From Pseudomonadota bacterium (GTDB taxonomy: Bacteria > Desulfobacterota > Syntrophia > Syntrophales > UBA5619), in NCBI GenBank assembly GCA_018827585.1, contig JAHJXP010000008.1, positions 1-55,872 of the forward strand: DNA of 55,872 bases, in the 5' to 3' direction. This document shows positions 1 to 9,780 of this stretch, piece after piece (the first letter of the stretch is position 1; the number at the start of each line of letters is the position of its first letter). The position numbers and the translations under genes were made by a program. The notes under the pieces were generated by a model. That model did not search any database. It saw only the letters and a list, made by a program, of their open reading frames with translations, and was not told the DNA's origin.

Positions 1-176
1 AGACGCTTTTCGTCATTGACGGATCGCAGCCCACGCTCGAGAAGTCCTCGCGAAATATCCCGGATGTGAAGATGGTCAGATCAGAGGGGATCAATGTCTA
101 CGACCTGCTGAAATACGATCATGTTGTGCTTTTGGAACCCGCCATCAAGAAAATTGAAGGGGCTTTGATATCATAA
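1..176 (+). CDS. rplD: 50S ribosomal protein L4, 3' end (partial at window edge)
   Basis: Open frame ending TAA at 174-176, which overlaps the rplW ATG (TAATG). The C-terminal ...INVYDLLKYDHVVLLEPAIKKIEGAL is L4-like, and the position upstream of rplW fits. Confidence 0.75.
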   Translation, partial: TLFVIDGSQPTLEKSSRNIPDVKMVRSEGINVYDLLKYDHVVLLEPAIKKIEGALIS

Positions 177-463
177 TGGAACTGCATCAGATCATAAGAA
201 AGGCGCTGATCACCGAGAAGAGCACCCTTGCCCGTGACGCTGCGAACCAGTACAACTTTGAGGTGAACACGGGTGCGAACAAGATCGAGATCGGGCGGGC
301 CGTCGAGAAGCTCTTCAAGGTAAAGGTGACGGACGTGCGGGTCATGAATGTCCGCGGCAAGAAAAAAAGGACGGGGAAGACCATAGGCGAAAAGCGCTCC
401 TGGAAGAAGGCGGTTGTGACCCTGGCGCCCGGTAACCGAATTGAAACGATGGAAGGCGCATAA
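176..463 (+). CDS. rplW: 50S ribosomal protein L23
   Basis: 95-aa ORF, MELHQIIRKALITEKS...NFEVNTGANKIEIGRAVEKLFKVKV, typical L23. Synteny fits. Confidence 0.95.
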   Translation: MELHQIIRKALITEKSTLARDAANQYNFEVNTGANKIEIGRAVEKLFKVKVTDVRVMNVRGKKKRTGKTIGEKRSWKKAVVTLAPGNRIETMEGA

Positions 464-480
464 ACCGTCTTAATATTGAC

Positions 481-638
481 GCTTTCGTAAAAAGTCGCAA
501 AAACCGAATTCAGGGCGGCTTCGTAAAAAGGCCGAAGGCAAGGCGAGCGAACCCTGAGGAATGAGGCGTACATAGGCGTACACCGCAATGACGAAGGGTG
601 AAGCGTAACGCAGCATCCGGGCTTTTTACGAAGCCGCC
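481..638 (+). repeat. Structured intergenic repeat, copy A (5' CGTAAAAAG module at 486-494, 125-nt core 514-638)
   Basis: The core starts GGCGGCTTCGTAAAAAG and ends CTTTTTACGAAGCCGCC, giving a 17-bp closing stem. It is about 90% identical by hand alignment to the cores at 2212-2336 and 3972-4096. Confidence 0.85.
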
Positions 639-671
639 AATATCAACCCAGCAGGGATGAGGGATAAGGGG

Positions 672-1493
672 ATGGGAATTAAAAAGTACAAACCGACGTC
701 GCCGGGCAGAAGGTTTCAGACCTGTTCGGATTTTGAAGAGATCACCAGAACGGGACCCGAGAAAAGTCTTTTACGCCCGCTGAAAAGGACGGGGGGGCGC
801 AACAACTACGGGAGGATGACCAGCCGCCACATAGGCGGGGGGCACAAGCGCCGGTACCGGCTGATCGATTTCCGGAGGGACAAGCAAGACATTCAGGCCC
901 GCGTGGGATCAATCGAATACGACCCGAACCGGTCGTCGCGGATCGCCCTGCTGAATTATGCCGACGGTGAGAAAAGATACATCATCGCCCCGGTCAAGAT
1001 GGCGGTGGGCGACGCCGTGGTCAGCGGGGAAAATGCCGACATCAAACCGGGAAATACCGTGCCTCTGAAGAATATTCCCCTGGGGACCCTAATCCACAAT
1101 CTGGAGCTGAAGGTGGGCCGGGGGGGTCAGCTGATCAGGGCGGCGGGCGCCTACGGGCAGTTGATGGCCAAGGAGGCGGGCTACGCCCAGGTTCGACTTC
1201 CTTCCGGAGAGGTCAGAAAGGTCTTTCTGGAATGTAAGGCCACCATCGGTCAAGTCGGCAACATCGATCATGAGAACCTGAGCATCGGCAAGGCGGGACG
1301 GTCGCGCTGGCTCGGGCGGCGACCCAAGGTCAGGGGCGTGGCCATGAACCCCGTTGACCATCCGATGGGCGGCGGCGAAGGAAAGTCGTCCGGTGGGCGT
1401 CATCCCTGTACGCCCTGGGGCGTGCCGACGAAGGGACACAAGACCCGCACCAACAAAAGTAGCGATAAATACATCGTAAAGAGAAGAGGTTAA
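672..1493 (+). CDS. rplB: 50S ribosomal protein L2
   Basis: The ORF track frame starts at 657, but the L2 N-terminus [14 protein letters not shown] starts at ATG 672, preceded by a purine-rich SD. The C-terminal GGGEGK...HPCTPWG motif is present. Confidence 0.95.
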   Translation: MGIKKYKPTSPGRRFQTCSDFEEITRTGPEKSLLRPLKRTGGRNNYGRMTSRHIGGGHKRRYRLIDFRRDKQDIQARVGSIEYDPNRSSRIALLNYADGEKRYIIAPVKMAVGDAVVSGENADIKPGNTVPLKNIPLGTLIHNLELKVGRGGQLIRAAGAYGQLMAKEAGYAQVRLPSGEVRKVFLECKATIGQVGNIDHENLSIGKAGRSRWLGRRPKVRGVAMNPVDHPMGGGEGKSSGGRHPCTPWGVPTKGHKTRTNKSSDKYIVKRRG

Positions 1494-1496
1494 AAG

Positions 1497-1778
1497 GTGG
1501 CACGTTCAGTTAAGAAAGGTGCGTATATCGAGGAAAGTCTTCTTGAGAAGGTCAGAAGGCAGGAAGCCGCGGGAGGGAAGGCGGTCATCAAGACCTGGTC
1601 GCGCCGTTCCACAATCACCCCGGAATTGATCGGACAGACCTTTGCGGTGCACAACGGCAAGAAATTCATCCCCATCTTCGTGACCGAAAATATGGTGGGT
1701 CACAAGTTAGGTGAATTCGCGCCGACAAGGACATTTTACAGCCACGCCGGAGACCGCAAGACGAAGCTGCGCAAGTAG
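1497..1778 (+). CDS. rpsS: 30S ribosomal protein S19
   Basis: [16 protein letters not shown]...[29 protein letters not shown]. Confidence 0.95.
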   Translation: MARSVKKGAYIEESLLEKVRRQEAAGGKAVIKTWSRRSTITPELIGQTFAVHNGKKFIPIFVTENMVGHKLGEFAPTRTFYSHAGDRKTKLRK

Positions 1779-1837
1779 CAGCGGGCTGCATAGGGGTGGA
1801 CGGGGGGCTATCTCCCATCGGCGGTTTGGAGTAAGTT

Positions 1838-2170
1838 ATGGAAGCAAGAGCAGTTGCCAAGTATATAAGGATGTCGCCACAGAAGGTGCGCCTGGTGGTG
1901 GATCTGGTCAGAGGGAAAAGGGTTGAGGAAGCGAAGCAGATCCTCCTTTTCACGAGAAAATATGCGGCCGGTCCCGTCAGCAAGGCGCTCAATTCTGCGC
2001 TGGCCAATGCAAAGCAGAACCCCAATATCGATGAAAAAATCCTGTTCGTGAAGGAGATCTTCGTCGATCAGGGTCCGTCCCTCAAAAGATGGAGGGCGAG
2101 GGCCCAGGGAAGGGCCGCGGCAATAAAAAAACGGATGAGTCATATCACCGTGGTCCTGGATGAGCAGTAA
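1838..2170 (+). CDS. rplV: 50S ribosomal protein L22
   Basis: MEARAVAKYIRMSPQKVRLVVDLVRGK..., classical L22. Confidence 0.95.
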   Translation: MEARAVAKYIRMSPQKVRLVVDLVRGKRVEEAKQILLFTRKYAAGPVSKALNSALANAKQNPNIDEKILFVKEIFVDQGPSLKRWRARAQGRAAAIKKRMSHITVVLDEQ

Positions 2171-2180
2171 TATTTGGTGG

Positions 2181-2336
2181 ACTCGTAAAATCTTAGAAGC
2201 CATGAAAAAGGGGCGGCTTCGTAAAAAGGCCGCAGGCAAGGCGCGCGAACCCAGAGGAGTGAGGCGTACTTTGGCGTACGCTGCAACGACGAAGGGTGAA
2301 GCGCAACGCAGCATCCGGGCTTTTTACGAAGCCGTC
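2181..2336 (+). repeat. Structured intergenic repeat, copy B (5' module CGTAAAA at 2184-2190, core 2212-2336)
   Basis: Same 125-nt core architecture as copy A. The closing stem is GGCGGCTTCGTAAAAAG / CTTTTTACGAAGCCGTC, with one G.U pair. Confidence 0.85.
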
Positions 2337-2357
2337 AAGACTTGAGGAGGTGGCAGA

Positions 2358-3005
2358 TTGGGGCAGAAGGTTAACCCGATCGGGTTGAGGTTGGGCGGTG
2401 TGAAGACGTGGCGCTCCCTGTGGTTCGCGGAAAAGAATTATTGCGAGCTGCTCCACGAGGATATCAAGATCAGGAAATTCCTCAAGGAGAAGCTCTACCA
2501 CGCGGGCATCTCCCGGATAGAAATCGAAAGGGCCTCCAATAAGGCCAAGGTGAATATCCACGCTGCCCGACCCGGGATCATCATCGGGAAAAAGGGGTCC
2601 GAGATTGAAAAATTGAAGAAGGACCTCGAGGCGATCACCAAAAGCGAAATGATCATCAATATCCTTGAGGTCCGCAAGCCGGAGATTGATGCCCAGCTGG
2701 TGGCGGAAAATGTCGCCCAGCAGTTGGAGCGACGGGTTGCTTTCCGCCGGGCGATGAAGAAATGTGTGACCGCCGCGATGAAGTTCGGGGCAAAGGGGAT
2801 CCGGGTGAACTGCGGCGGCCGGTTGGGCGGGGCGGAAATGGCCAGATCGGAGTGGTATCGGGAGGGCCGGGTGCCCCTCCATACGCTGAGGGCCGATATC
2901 GATTGCGGTTTTACCGAAGCGAAGACGGCATACGGCCTGATCGGAGTAAAGGTGCTGATATTCCACGGCGAGGTGTTGCCGGTAAAGAGAGAGATTGCAA
3001 AATAA
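2358..3005 (+). CDS. rpsC: 30S ribosomal protein S3
   Basis: [24 protein letters not shown]... with KH domain sequence. Confidence 0.95.
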   Translation: MGQKVNPIGLRLGGVKTWRSLWFAEKNYCELLHEDIKIRKFLKEKLYHAGISRIEIERASNKAKVNIHAARPGIIIGKKGSEIEKLKKDLEAITKSEMIINILEVRKPEIDAQLVAENVAQQLERRVAFRRAMKKCVTAAMKFGAKGIRVNCGGRLGGAEMARSEWYREGRVPLHTLRADIDCGFTEAKTAYGLIGVKVLIFHGEVLPVKREIAK

Positions 3006-3073
3006 GTGCTTTTCGCGAGGGCCGGCGTCCCGGAAGGTGACGAGGACAAGCGGGCAGAACAGGGGTTTTAAAG

Positions 3074-3496
3074 ATGTTGATGCCGAAAAGGGTTAAATTC
3101 AGGAAACTGCAGAGGGGCCGCATGAGCGGGAAGGCCACCCGGGGGAACACCGTGGCTTTCGGCGAATACGCCCTGCAGGCGACCGAGTGCGGCTGGATCA
3201 CGGCAAGGCAGATCGAAGCGGCGCGGGTGGCGATGACGCGCCACGTCAAGCGCGGGGGGAAGATCTGGATCAGAATATTCCCGCACAAGTCCGTGACGAA
3301 AAAACCCGCCGAGACCCGTATGGGAAAGGGAAAGGGCGCTCCGGAAGAGTGGGTGGCGGTGATCAAGCCGGGAGTAGTCCTCTACGAGATAGAGGGGGTT
3401 TCGAAGGAGATCGCCAAAGAGGCCTTCAACCTGGCGGCCCACAAGCTGCCCATCGGAACAAAGTTTCTTGCAAGGGAGATGTCTGATGAAAATTAA
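3074..3496 (+). CDS. rplP: 50S ribosomal protein L16
   Basis: [25 protein letters not shown]... Confidence 0.95.
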   Translation: MLMPKRVKFRKLQRGRMSGKATRGNTVAFGEYALQATECGWITARQIEAARVAMTRHVKRGGKIWIRIFPHKSVTKKPAETRMGKGKGAPEEWVAVIKPGVVLYEIEGVSKEIAKEAFNLAAHKLPIGTKFLAREMSDEN

Positions 3497-3677
3497 GGAG
3501 ATCAGAGATCTTAGCATCGGAGAGTTGCAGCAGAAGAACAGGGAACTCGTGGAAGATTACTTCAAGCTCCGCCTTCGTCACGCCTCGGGACAACTGGATT
3601 CTCCTGCCATGCTGGGCCGCGTTCGCAGGGATATTGCCCGTATCAAGACGGTCCTGGTCGAAAAGGAGGAAAAGTAG
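3486..3677 (+). CDS. rpmC: 50S ribosomal protein L29
   Basis: [37 protein letters not shown]. The start was moved to the internal ATG at 3486, which overlaps the rplP end. Confidence 0.9.
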   Translation: MKIKEIRDLSIGELQQKNRELVEDYFKLRLRHASGQLDSPAMLGRVRRDIARIKTVLVEKEEK

Positions 3678-3934
3678 TGGAGCAGCGCGGCAACAAAAAT
3701 ACCATCAAGGGTGTGGTGGTCAGCAACAAAATGGACAAGACGATCGTGGTGCGGGCGGAAAGGCTCGTGAAACACGCCGTGTTTCACAAATACATCAAGC
3801 GTTATGTGAAATACAAGGCCCATGACGAGCAGAACAGCTGTCAGATAGGCGATAAGGTTCTCATCATAGAATCGCGTCCCCTGAGCAGGGATAAACGGTG
3901 GCGGATGCTGAAGATTCTGGGGAAGGCAAAGTAG
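3677..3934 (+). CDS. rpsQ: 30S ribosomal protein S17
   Basis: GTG start overlapping the rpmC stop. ...[32 protein letters not shown]... Confidence 0.93.
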   Translation: MEQRGNKNTIKGVVVSNKMDKTIVVRAERLVKHAVFHKYIKRYVKYKAHDEQNSCQIGDKVLIIESRPLSRDKRWRMLKILGKAK

Positions 3935-3937
3935 ACG

Positions 3938-4096
3938 CACCCGTAAAAAGTCATAAAAGCTTTGAACTGGGGGCGGTTTCGTAAAAAGGCCGCAGGCAAG
4001 GCGCGCGAGACCCGAGGAGTGAGGCGTACTTTGGCGTACGCCGCAACGACGAGGGATGAAGCGCAACGAGGCATCCGGCTTTTTTACGAAGCCGTC
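3938..4096 (+). repeat. Structured intergenic repeat, copy C (5' module 3942-3950, core 3972-4096)
   Basis: 125-nt core, with closing stem GGCGGTTTCGTAAAAAG / CTTTTTTACGAAGCCGTC and central hairpin GCGTAC-TTTGGC-GTACGC. Confidence 0.85.
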
Positions 4097-4189
4097 AAAG
4101 TAGGGCGAACAATGGCGCGGGGTTGCTGTGGCTCGGCGGTTAGAGCTTCGGTCCACGGGTTGGGGACCGCTGCGCAGTGGGGTATTGAT

Positions 4190-4558
4190 ATGATTCAGAT
4201 GCAGACCGTGTTGAATGTGGCGGACAATTCAGGCGCCAAGAAGGTGGCGTGCATCAAGGTTCTCGGCGGGTCAAAGAGACGGTATGCCAGCCTTGGCGAC
4301 GTCATTGTCATCGCCGTAAAGGAGGCTCTGCCGAACTCGAAGGTGAAGAAGGGCGATGTGATGAAGGCGGTGGTCGTCCGGACGGCAAAAGAGGTAAGAA
4401 GACCGGACGGTTCTTACCTGAAATTCGACGACAATTCCGCCGTTCTCATCACGAACCAGATGGAGCCGATAGGAACGAGAATCTTTGGACCGGTGGCGCG
4501 GGAGCTAAGGGCAAAACAGTTCATGAAGATCGTATCGCTGGCGCCGGAAGTGTTGTAA
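4190..4558 (+). CDS. rplN: 50S ribosomal protein L14
   Basis: The L14 N-terminus [18 protein letters not shown] begins at ATG 4190. The longer track ORF from 3962 reads through repeat copy C and is rejected. Confidence 0.93.
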   Translation: MIQMQTVLNVADNSGAKKVACIKVLGGSKRRYASLGDVIVIAVKEALPNSKVKKGDVMKAVVVRTAKEVRRPDGSYLKFDDNSAVLITNQMEPIGTRIFGPVARELRAKQFMKIVSLAPEVL

Positions 4559-4590
4559 ATTAAAGACAGGGAAACGGCAGAGGAACAGAA

Positions 4591-4911
4591 ATGCTGGAAA
4601 AGCGACTGAAAAAAGGGGACACCGTAAAGGTCATCGCCGGGAAAGAGAAAGGCAAGACGGGCAAGATCCTAAGCACGATTGCCGATCGGCAGCGGGTCAT
4701 CGTGGAGAAGATGAATCTTATCAAAAGGCACAAGAAACCCGATGCCAAGGGCAAGGGCGGCATCGTAGAGAAGGAAGGTTCGATACACGTCTCCAACGTG
4801 ATGTATCTGTGCAGTAAATGCGGGACCGGGGTCCGGATCGGATACAAGATCCTGGACGATGGAAAAAAGATGCGTGTCTGCGGTAAATGTCACGAGATTT
4901 TGGATACATAG
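4591..4911 (+). CDS. rplX: 50S ribosomal protein L24 (carries a CxxC...CxxC motif)
   Basis: KOW region [20 protein letters not shown]. Cysteines are at residues 74, 77, 97 and 100. Confidence 0.93.
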   Translation: MLEKRLKKGDTVKVIAGKEKGKTGKILSTIADRQRVIVEKMNLIKRHKKPDAKGKGGIVEKEGSIHVSNVMYLCSKCGTGVRIGYKILDDGKKMRVCGKCHEILDT

Positions 4912-4922
4912 GCTGGGAAAAG

Positions 4923-5462
4923 ATGGCAAGACTAAAAGAATACTATACCAAGGAAGTCGTTCCGGCGCTCACCAGGGAATTCGGCTATAAGAACCCGATG
5001 GAAGTCCCAAAAATGGTGAAGATCGTCATCAACATGGGACTCGGAGATGCTATTCAGAATATAAAGGTCCTGGACAACGCGGTGGAAGAGTTGACCAGGA
5101 TCGCGGGCCAGAAGCCGATCGTCACGAAGGCGAGGAAATCCATCGCGACCTTCAAGCTTCGCCAGGGGATGTCGATAGGCTGCTGCGTGACCCTCAGAAG
5201 AGAGCGGATGTACGAGTTCTTCGACAGATTGATCGGCGCGGCCATTCCCCGAATCCGCGATTTCCGAGGGATCTCCGCAAAGTCGTTCGACGGCAGGGGT
5301 AATTTCTCTCTGGGACTCAAGGAGCAAATCATCTTTCCGGAGATCGAATACGACAAAGTGGACAAGATCAGGGGCATGAACATCGCCATCGTCACCACGG
5401 CCAAAACGGACGACGAGGCGCGGCAGCTTTTGAAGCTTATGGGAATGCCGTTCAGGAACTGA
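4923..5462 (+). CDS. rplE: 50S ribosomal protein L5
   Basis: [30 protein letters not shown]... The start is at the internal ATG 4923 of the track ORF. Confidence 0.93.
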   Translation: MARLKEYYTKEVVPALTREFGYKNPMEVPKMVKIVINMGLGDAIQNIKVLDNAVEELTRIAGQKPIVTKARKSIATFKLRQGMSIGCCVTLRRERMYEFFDRLIGAAIPRIRDFRGISAKSFDGRGNFSLGLKEQIIFPEIEYDKVDKIRGMNIAIVTTAKTDDEARQLLKLMGMPFRN

Positions 5463-5494
5463 AAGCGGCGGGATATATCTCTGGAGGATTAAGA

Positions 5495-5680
5495 GTGGCA
5501 AAGACATCCTTGATTGTAAAGGCCGGCAGAAAACCAAAGTTTTCGGTGAGGAGCTACAACCGGTGTCCGCTGTGCGGAAGACCGAGGGCCTATTATCGTA
5601 AATTTGATATGTGCAGAATATGCCTGAGAAATCTTTCTCTGAAAGGGGAAATTCCGGGCGTAATCAAATCAAGCTGGTAG
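5495..5680 (+). CDS. rpsN: 30S ribosomal protein S14, type Z (zinc-binding short form)
   Basis: 61 aa, with [20 protein letters not shown] providing four Cys. Confidence 0.93.
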   Translation: MAKTSLIVKAGRKPKFSVRSYNRCPLCGRPRAYYRKFDMCRICLRNLSLKGEIPGVIKSSW

Positions 5681-5696
5681 AAAGAGGAGCAGTAAT

Positions 5697-6098
5697 ATGG
5701 GGATGACCGATCCGATCGCAGACATGCTCACCAGGATCAGAAACGCCAACCGCGTTCATTTCAAGAGCGTGGATGTGTTGAGCTCGCGAATCAATCTGAA
5801 CATAGCCAAGGTGTTGAAGAAATCCGGCTACATCGGCGGGTATGACATCAAGAAGGATTTGCGCGGGCACGAGGTATTGAGGATATATCTGAAATACCCG
5901 GATGCCAAAAGGACCGTGATTACTGATATTCAGAGGGTCAGCAAACCAGGAAGAAGGGTTTATGTGAGAAGCGAAAAGATTCCTGCGGTGCTCAACGGCT
6001 ACGGAGTCTCCATCCTCTCCACCTCCAAGGGGGTGATGACCGATAAGGAGGCCAGGGAATTGAGCCTCGGGGGAGAAATACTCTGCAATGTGTGGTAA
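5697..6098 (+). CDS. rpsH: 30S ribosomal protein S8
   Basis: [18 protein letters not shown]... Confidence 0.95.
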   Translation: MGMTDPIADMLTRIRNANRVHFKSVDVLSSRINLNIAKVLKKSGYIGGYDIKKDLRGHEVLRIYLKYPDAKRTVITDIQRVSKPGRRVYVRSEKIPAVLNGYGVSILSTSKGVMTDKEARELSLGGEILCNVW

Positions 6099-6179
6099 AG
6101 GTCATACATCACCCATGACCTATTGCCATTAACCTGATTTGATAATTTTGATTGGTTTGGGAAATCGGGAGAACGCTTC

Positions 6180-6719
6180 ATGTCGAGAATCGGTAAAATG
6201 CCCGTGGAAATTCCTCCCGGGGTGAAAATCACCCGGGATGAGTCCGTCATCAGGGTCGAGGGCCCCAGGGGAAGGCTTTTCATGGAAGCCCCGAAGGGCA
6301 TCGATGTCATTCTGGGCGAAAGGTTGGTGGAGATCAAAAGGCCGTCCGACGGGAGAAAAGAGAGGGCCTCGCATGGCCTGGTCAGGACCCTGGTGGCGAA
6401 CATGGTCAAGGGGGTCAGCAGCGGGTTTGAAAAGGGACTGGAGATATCCGGGGTCGGATACCGTGCGGAAGTCACCGGGGATAAGCTGAAACTTACGATC
6501 GGGTTTTCCGCGCCGGTCCAGTATCCGATTCCCGAAGGCATCCAGGTCAAGGTCGATAAGCAGGTAAACATCATGGTGTCCGGAATCGACAAGCAGTTGG
6601 TGGGCCAGGTGGCGGCGGAGATACGGGGCCTGAAAAGGCCGGAGCCGTATAAGGGCAAGGGCATCAAGTATGCGGGCGAGAAGATCAGGCGCAAGGTCGG
6701 CAAATCGGTGGGTGCGTAA
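6180..6719 (+). CDS. rplF: 50S ribosomal protein L6
   Basis: MSRIGKMPVEIPPGVKIT... Confidence 0.95.
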   Translation: MSRIGKMPVEIPPGVKITRDESVIRVEGPRGRLFMEAPKGIDVILGERLVEIKRPSDGRKERASHGLVRTLVANMVKGVSSGFEKGLEISGVGYRAEVTGDKLKLTIGFSAPVQYPIPEGIQVKVDKQVNIMVSGIDKQLVGQVAAEIRGLKRPEPYKGKGIKYAGEKIRRKVGKSVGA

Positions 6720-6722
6720 AAA

Positions 6723-6862
6723 ACAAAGTGCTGAGTGCTGAGTGGGGGCGTTTTGACACTCAGTGCTCCGCACTCAGTGCTCCGCACTCAGTACTCAGCA
6801 CTCAGTACTCAGCACTTTGTACTCAGCACTCAGTACTCAGTGCTCCGCACTCAGCACTTTGT
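6723..6862 (+). repeat. Inverted arm (6723-6742) plus a tandem array of 15 heptanucleotides, consensus ACTCAGY (6758-6862)
   Basis: Read directly as ACTCAGT GCTCCGC ACTCAGT GCTCCGC ACTCAGT ACTCAGC ACTCAGT ACTCAGC ACTTTGT ACTCAGC ACTCAGT ACTCAGT GCTCCGC ACTCAGC ACTTTGT. The upstream ACAAAGTGCTGAGTGCTGAGTG is the reverse complement of the unit pairs. Confidence 0.9.
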
Positions 6863-6876
6863 AATGAGGTAGGACA

Positions 6877-7242
6877 TTGGCAACGAAGAGAATTGAAAAG
6901 ATCAGGACCAAGAGGAAGAAGAGGGTCAGAGGGAAGATCTCCGGGACCGAGAAGAGACCGCGCCTGTCCGTGTTCAGGTCTGCCGCGCATATCTATGTTC
7001 AGGCCATTGCCGATGATTCGGGAAGGACTCTGGCCGAGGCGTCGACACTGAGCAAGGAGTTGGAGGGTTCTCTCGGCGCCCCGAAAAAGATCGATTCGGC
7101 AAGAGCGGTGGGGGCGCTTTTGGCAAGGCGGCTGCAGGCCATAGGCATTGACGGGGCCGTCTTCGATCGCGGCAGATTCCTCTATCACGGCCGGGTAAAA
7201 TCCCTGGCCGACGGCGCGAGAGAAGCGGGCCTGAAGTTTTGA
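6877..7242 (+). CDS. rplR: 50S ribosomal protein L18
   Basis: TTG start. ...[27 protein letters not shown]... Confidence 0.93.
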   Translation: MATKRIEKIRTKRKKRVRGKISGTEKRPRLSVFRSAAHIYVQAIADDSGRTLAEASTLSKELEGSLGAPKKIDSARAVGALLARRLQAIGIDGAVFDRGRFLYHGRVKSLADGAREAGLKF

Positions 7243-7280
7243 GCCTGCGATTCGACAATCGATAGCGAAGGGAACGATCG

Positions 7281-7781
7281 TTGAAAATGAAGAATATGGA
7301 AGAAGTGGAACTTCTCGACAGGGTGATTGCGATAAACAGGACGGCCAAAGTTGTAAAAGGCGGCCGCCGCTTCCGGTTCAGCGCCATCGTCGTGGTGGGC
7401 GACGGGAAAGGGTCGGTCGGCGCCGGCCTGGGCAAGGCCCATGAGGTGCCGGAGGCGATTCGCAAGGGCATGGAGAAGGCCAAGAAAAACATGATCAGGG
7501 TGGCGGTCGAAAACAGGACGATTCCTTACAGCGTCATCGGTCATTACGGCGCTGGAAAAGTCCTTCTCAAGCCCGCTTCCGAAGGGACCGGACTTATAGC
7601 CGGCGGGGCGGTCCGGGCCGTCCTGGAAGTGGCCGGGGTCCAGAACATCCTGACGAAGTGCCTCGGATCGCATAACCCGCACAACCTGGTCAAGGCGACC
7701 ATCGAGGGGCTGGGACAGTTGAAGGCGCCGGCGGACATATCCGCGGCCAGAGGCAGGGGCATTGCTGAAATTAGCGCTTAG
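7281..7781 (+). CDS. rpsE: 30S ribosomal protein S5
   Basis: ...[39 protein letters not shown]... Confidence 0.95.
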   Translation: MKMKNMEEVELLDRVIAINRTAKVVKGGRRFRFSAIVVVGDGKGSVGAGLGKAHEVPEAIRKGMEKAKKNMIRVAVENRTIPYSVIGHYGAGKVLLKPASEGTGLIAGGAVRAVLEVAGVQNILTKCLGSHNPHNLVKATIEGLGQLKAPADISAARGRGIAEISA

Positions 7782-7792
7782 AGGGGTTAGTT

Positions 7793-7990
7793 GTGGGAAA
7801 AAAGCTGAAAATTACACTGGTGAAAAGTTTCATCGGACGGCCTGAGGCTCAGCGCAAGGTTTTGCGCGGCATGGGATTGGGGAAGGTAAACAGGACTGTC
7901 CTGCTGAACGATACGCCTGAAATACGCGGTATGATCCGGAAGGTCGTTCACCTGGTGGCTGCCGTAGAAGTTGAGGAGAGCGGGAAATGA
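7793..7990 (+). CDS. rpmD: 50S ribosomal protein L30
   Basis: [29 protein letters not shown]... Confidence 0.93.
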   Translation: MGKKLKITLVKSFIGRPEAQRKVLRGMGLGKVNRTVLLNDTPEIRGMIRKVVHLVAAVEVEESGK

Positions 7991-8430
7991 ATCTGGGAAC
8001 ACTCAAACCGCCGGAAGGCTCGCGGAAGAAGCGGAAGAGGGTGGGGCGCGGCGACGGATCGGGACACGGCGGGACGGCGGGAAAAGGGGCAAAGGGCCAG
8101 AACGCCCGCTCCGGCCACAGCGTCAGGCCCAATTTCGAGGGAGGGCAGATGCCCCTCTCTCGGAGATTGCCCAAACGGGGATTCAAAAATCCCATGCGGC
8201 GGATCATCGCCACGGTGAATATCACGGAGTTGAAACGCTTTCCCGAGGGATCGGTCGTCGACCGTGAGACATTGCTGTCGGCGGGGCTGGTGAAGCGGAA
8301 GGCGGACGGGATCAAGGTATTGGGAAAGGGGGAGATCGGCTTTCCTCTCTCCGTGAAGGTGGATAGGGTCAGCCGGGGGGCGCGGCAGAAGATCGAGGCC
8401 GCCGGCGGTACAGTTGTCGAGGTCATTTGA
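7987..8430 (+). CDS. rplO: 50S ribosomal protein L15
   Basis: ATGA overlap with rpm[35 protein letters not shown]... Confidence 0.95.
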   Translation: MNLGTLKPPEGSRKKRKRVGRGDGSGHGGTAGKGAKGQNARSGHSVRPNFEGGQMPLSRRLPKRGFKNPMRRIIATVNITELKRFPEGSVVDRETLLSAGLVKRKADGIKVLGKGEIGFPLSVKVDRVSRGARQKIEAAGGTVVEVI

Positions 8431-9739
8431 CTTGTTAGAAGGCTTAAAAAATATCTCCAAGATACCGGAGCTCCAGAAGCGGATACTCTTTACGTTTCTC
8501 CTGCTGGCGGTCTATCGGATGGGCGCCCATGTCCCGACGCCGGGCATCGACACGGCGGCGCTGGCGGCCTTTTTCGAGCAGGCGAAGGGGTCTCTTCTGG
8601 GACTCTTTGACATGTTTGCCGGGGGGGCGCTGAGCAATCTGTCGGTCTTTGCGCTGGGGATCATGCCCTACATCAGCGCCTCGATCATCCTGCAGCTTCT
8701 GACGGTGGCCGTCCCCTACCTGGAAAAGCTCTCCAAAGAGGGGGAGGCGGGCAGGAGAAAGATCACCCAGTACACCCGTTACGGGACGGTGGTTCTCAGC
8801 CTGATCCAGGGATTTGGAATTTCCATCGGGCTGGAAAACATGGCGGGTCCCACGGGGGCCTCCATAGTCATCACTACCGGCTGGGCATTCCGGCTGATGA
8901 CGGTGATCACCCTGACAGCGGGGACCGCGTTTATCATGTGGCTGGGCGAGCAGATCACCGAAAAGGGGATAGGCAACGGCATCTCCCTGATCATCTTCGC
9001 CGGGATCGTGGTCCGCGGCCCGGAGGCGATCATCAATACCTTCCGCCTTCTGTTTTCGGGCGAGATGGGGATTTTCTTCATCCTCATCCTGATCGTGATG
9101 ATGGTCCTGATCATCGGCGTGATCGTCTTTGTCGAGAGCGGGCAGAGAAGGATCCCCGTGCAGTACGCCAAGCGGGTCATCGGGAGGAAGATGTACGGCG
9201 GCCAGACGACCCACCTGCCGCTGAAGGTCAATTCGGCCGGCGTCATCCCGCCGATCTTCGCCTCATCGATCATCATGTTTCCGGCGACGATCGCGAATTT
9301 CATCCCCCATCCCTGGATGAAATCTGTAGCCGACGCGCTGATCCCGGGGCGGATAGGATATGAACTGCTCTACGTGGCCTTTATCATCTTCTTCTGCTTC
9401 TTCTATACGGCAGTGACCTTCAATCCGGTGGACGTGGCCGACAATATGAGGAAATACGGGGGTTACGTTCCCGGCATCAGGCCGGGCAAGAAGACCGCCG
9501 AATATATCGACGAGATCCTGACGAAGCTGACGTTCGGGGGAGCTCTTTACGTCTCCGCCGTCTGCGTCCTTCCCAGCATTCTGATCAGCTCCTTCAACGT
9601 CCCCTTCTACTTTGGGGGAACGGCCCTGCTGATTGTCGTGGGCGTCGCCCTGGACACGGCCGGACAGATCGAGACCCATCTGCTGACAAGGCAGTATGAA
9701 GGTTTCATGAAGAAGGGCAAGATAGCCAGAAGACGGTGA
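8414..9739 (+). CDS. secY: Preprotein translocase subunit SecY
   Basis: 441-aa multi-TM protein, ...[30 protein letters not shown]... The start is uncertain: the track start at 8414 overlaps rplO, and an in-frame TTG at 8432 just after the rplO stop is equally plausible. Confidence 0.93.
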   Translation: MSRSFDLLEGLKNISKIPELQKRILFTFLLLAVYRMGAHVPTPGIDTAALAAFFEQAKGSLLGLFDMFAGGALSNLSVFALGIMPYISASIILQLLTVAVPYLEKLSKEGEAGRRKITQYTRYGTVVLSLIQGFGISIGLENMAGPTGASIVITTGWAFRLMTVITLTAGTAFIMWLGEQITEKGIGNGISLIIFAGIVVRGPEAIINTFRLLFSGEMGIFFILILIVMMVLIIGVIVFVESGQRRIPVQYAKRVIGRKMYGGQTTHLPLKVNSAGVIPPIFASSIIMFPATIANFIPHPWMKSVADALIPGRIGYELLYVAFIIFFCFFYTAVTFNPVDVADNMRKYGGYVPGIRPGKKTAEYIDEILTKLTFGGALYVSAVCVLPSILISSFNVPFYFGGTALLIVVGVALDTAGQIETHLLTRQYEGFMKKGKIARRR

Positions 9740-9780
9740 TGGATAAGGGAGCATGACCGCCGGAAAATCGGATCATTGAC

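Noticed and set aside
555-600. CUGAGGA ... GAA in repeat copy A resembles the hammerhead CUGANGA/GAAA core.
   Set aside because: The CUGANGA word is not conserved in the other copies (B has CAGAGGA, C has CCGAGGA, D has CUCAGGA). The helices required around the core are not evident.
2160-2345. 61-aa ORF ([61 protein letters not shown]). Similar peptides are readable through repeat copies C (N-terminal part of track ORF 3962..4558) and D (14654..14836).
   Set aside because: The same frame in copy A (514-638) contains stop codons. Differences between copies preserve base pairing rather than amino acids. The ORFs lack SD sequences. They are read-throughs of a non-coding repeat.
4125-4180. tRNA-like D-arm sequence (GGCTCGGCGGTTAGAGC) plus a CGGTCC...GGACCG hairpin upstream of rplN.
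   Set aside because: There is no T-arm (GTTCRANYC), no acceptor-stem pairing and no anticodon-arm geometry. It is probably just local structure in the long rpsQ-rplN spacer.
6723-6862. Possible CRISPR array.
   Set aside because: The units are 7 nt and contiguous, with no spacers, and no cas genes are nearby. It is a simple tandem repeat.
6728-7051. 107-aa ORF reading through the heptad array (…CSALSAPHSVLSTQYSALCTQHSVLSAPHSALC…).
   Set aside because: It is a translation artefact of the 7-nt repeat. It overlaps the well-supported rplR gene in another frame.
9740-9780. adk is missing between secY and map.
   Set aside because: The absence is real in this window (a 41-nt gap), but adk is located elsewhere in many lineages. 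It is not evidence of anything unusual without the whole genome.
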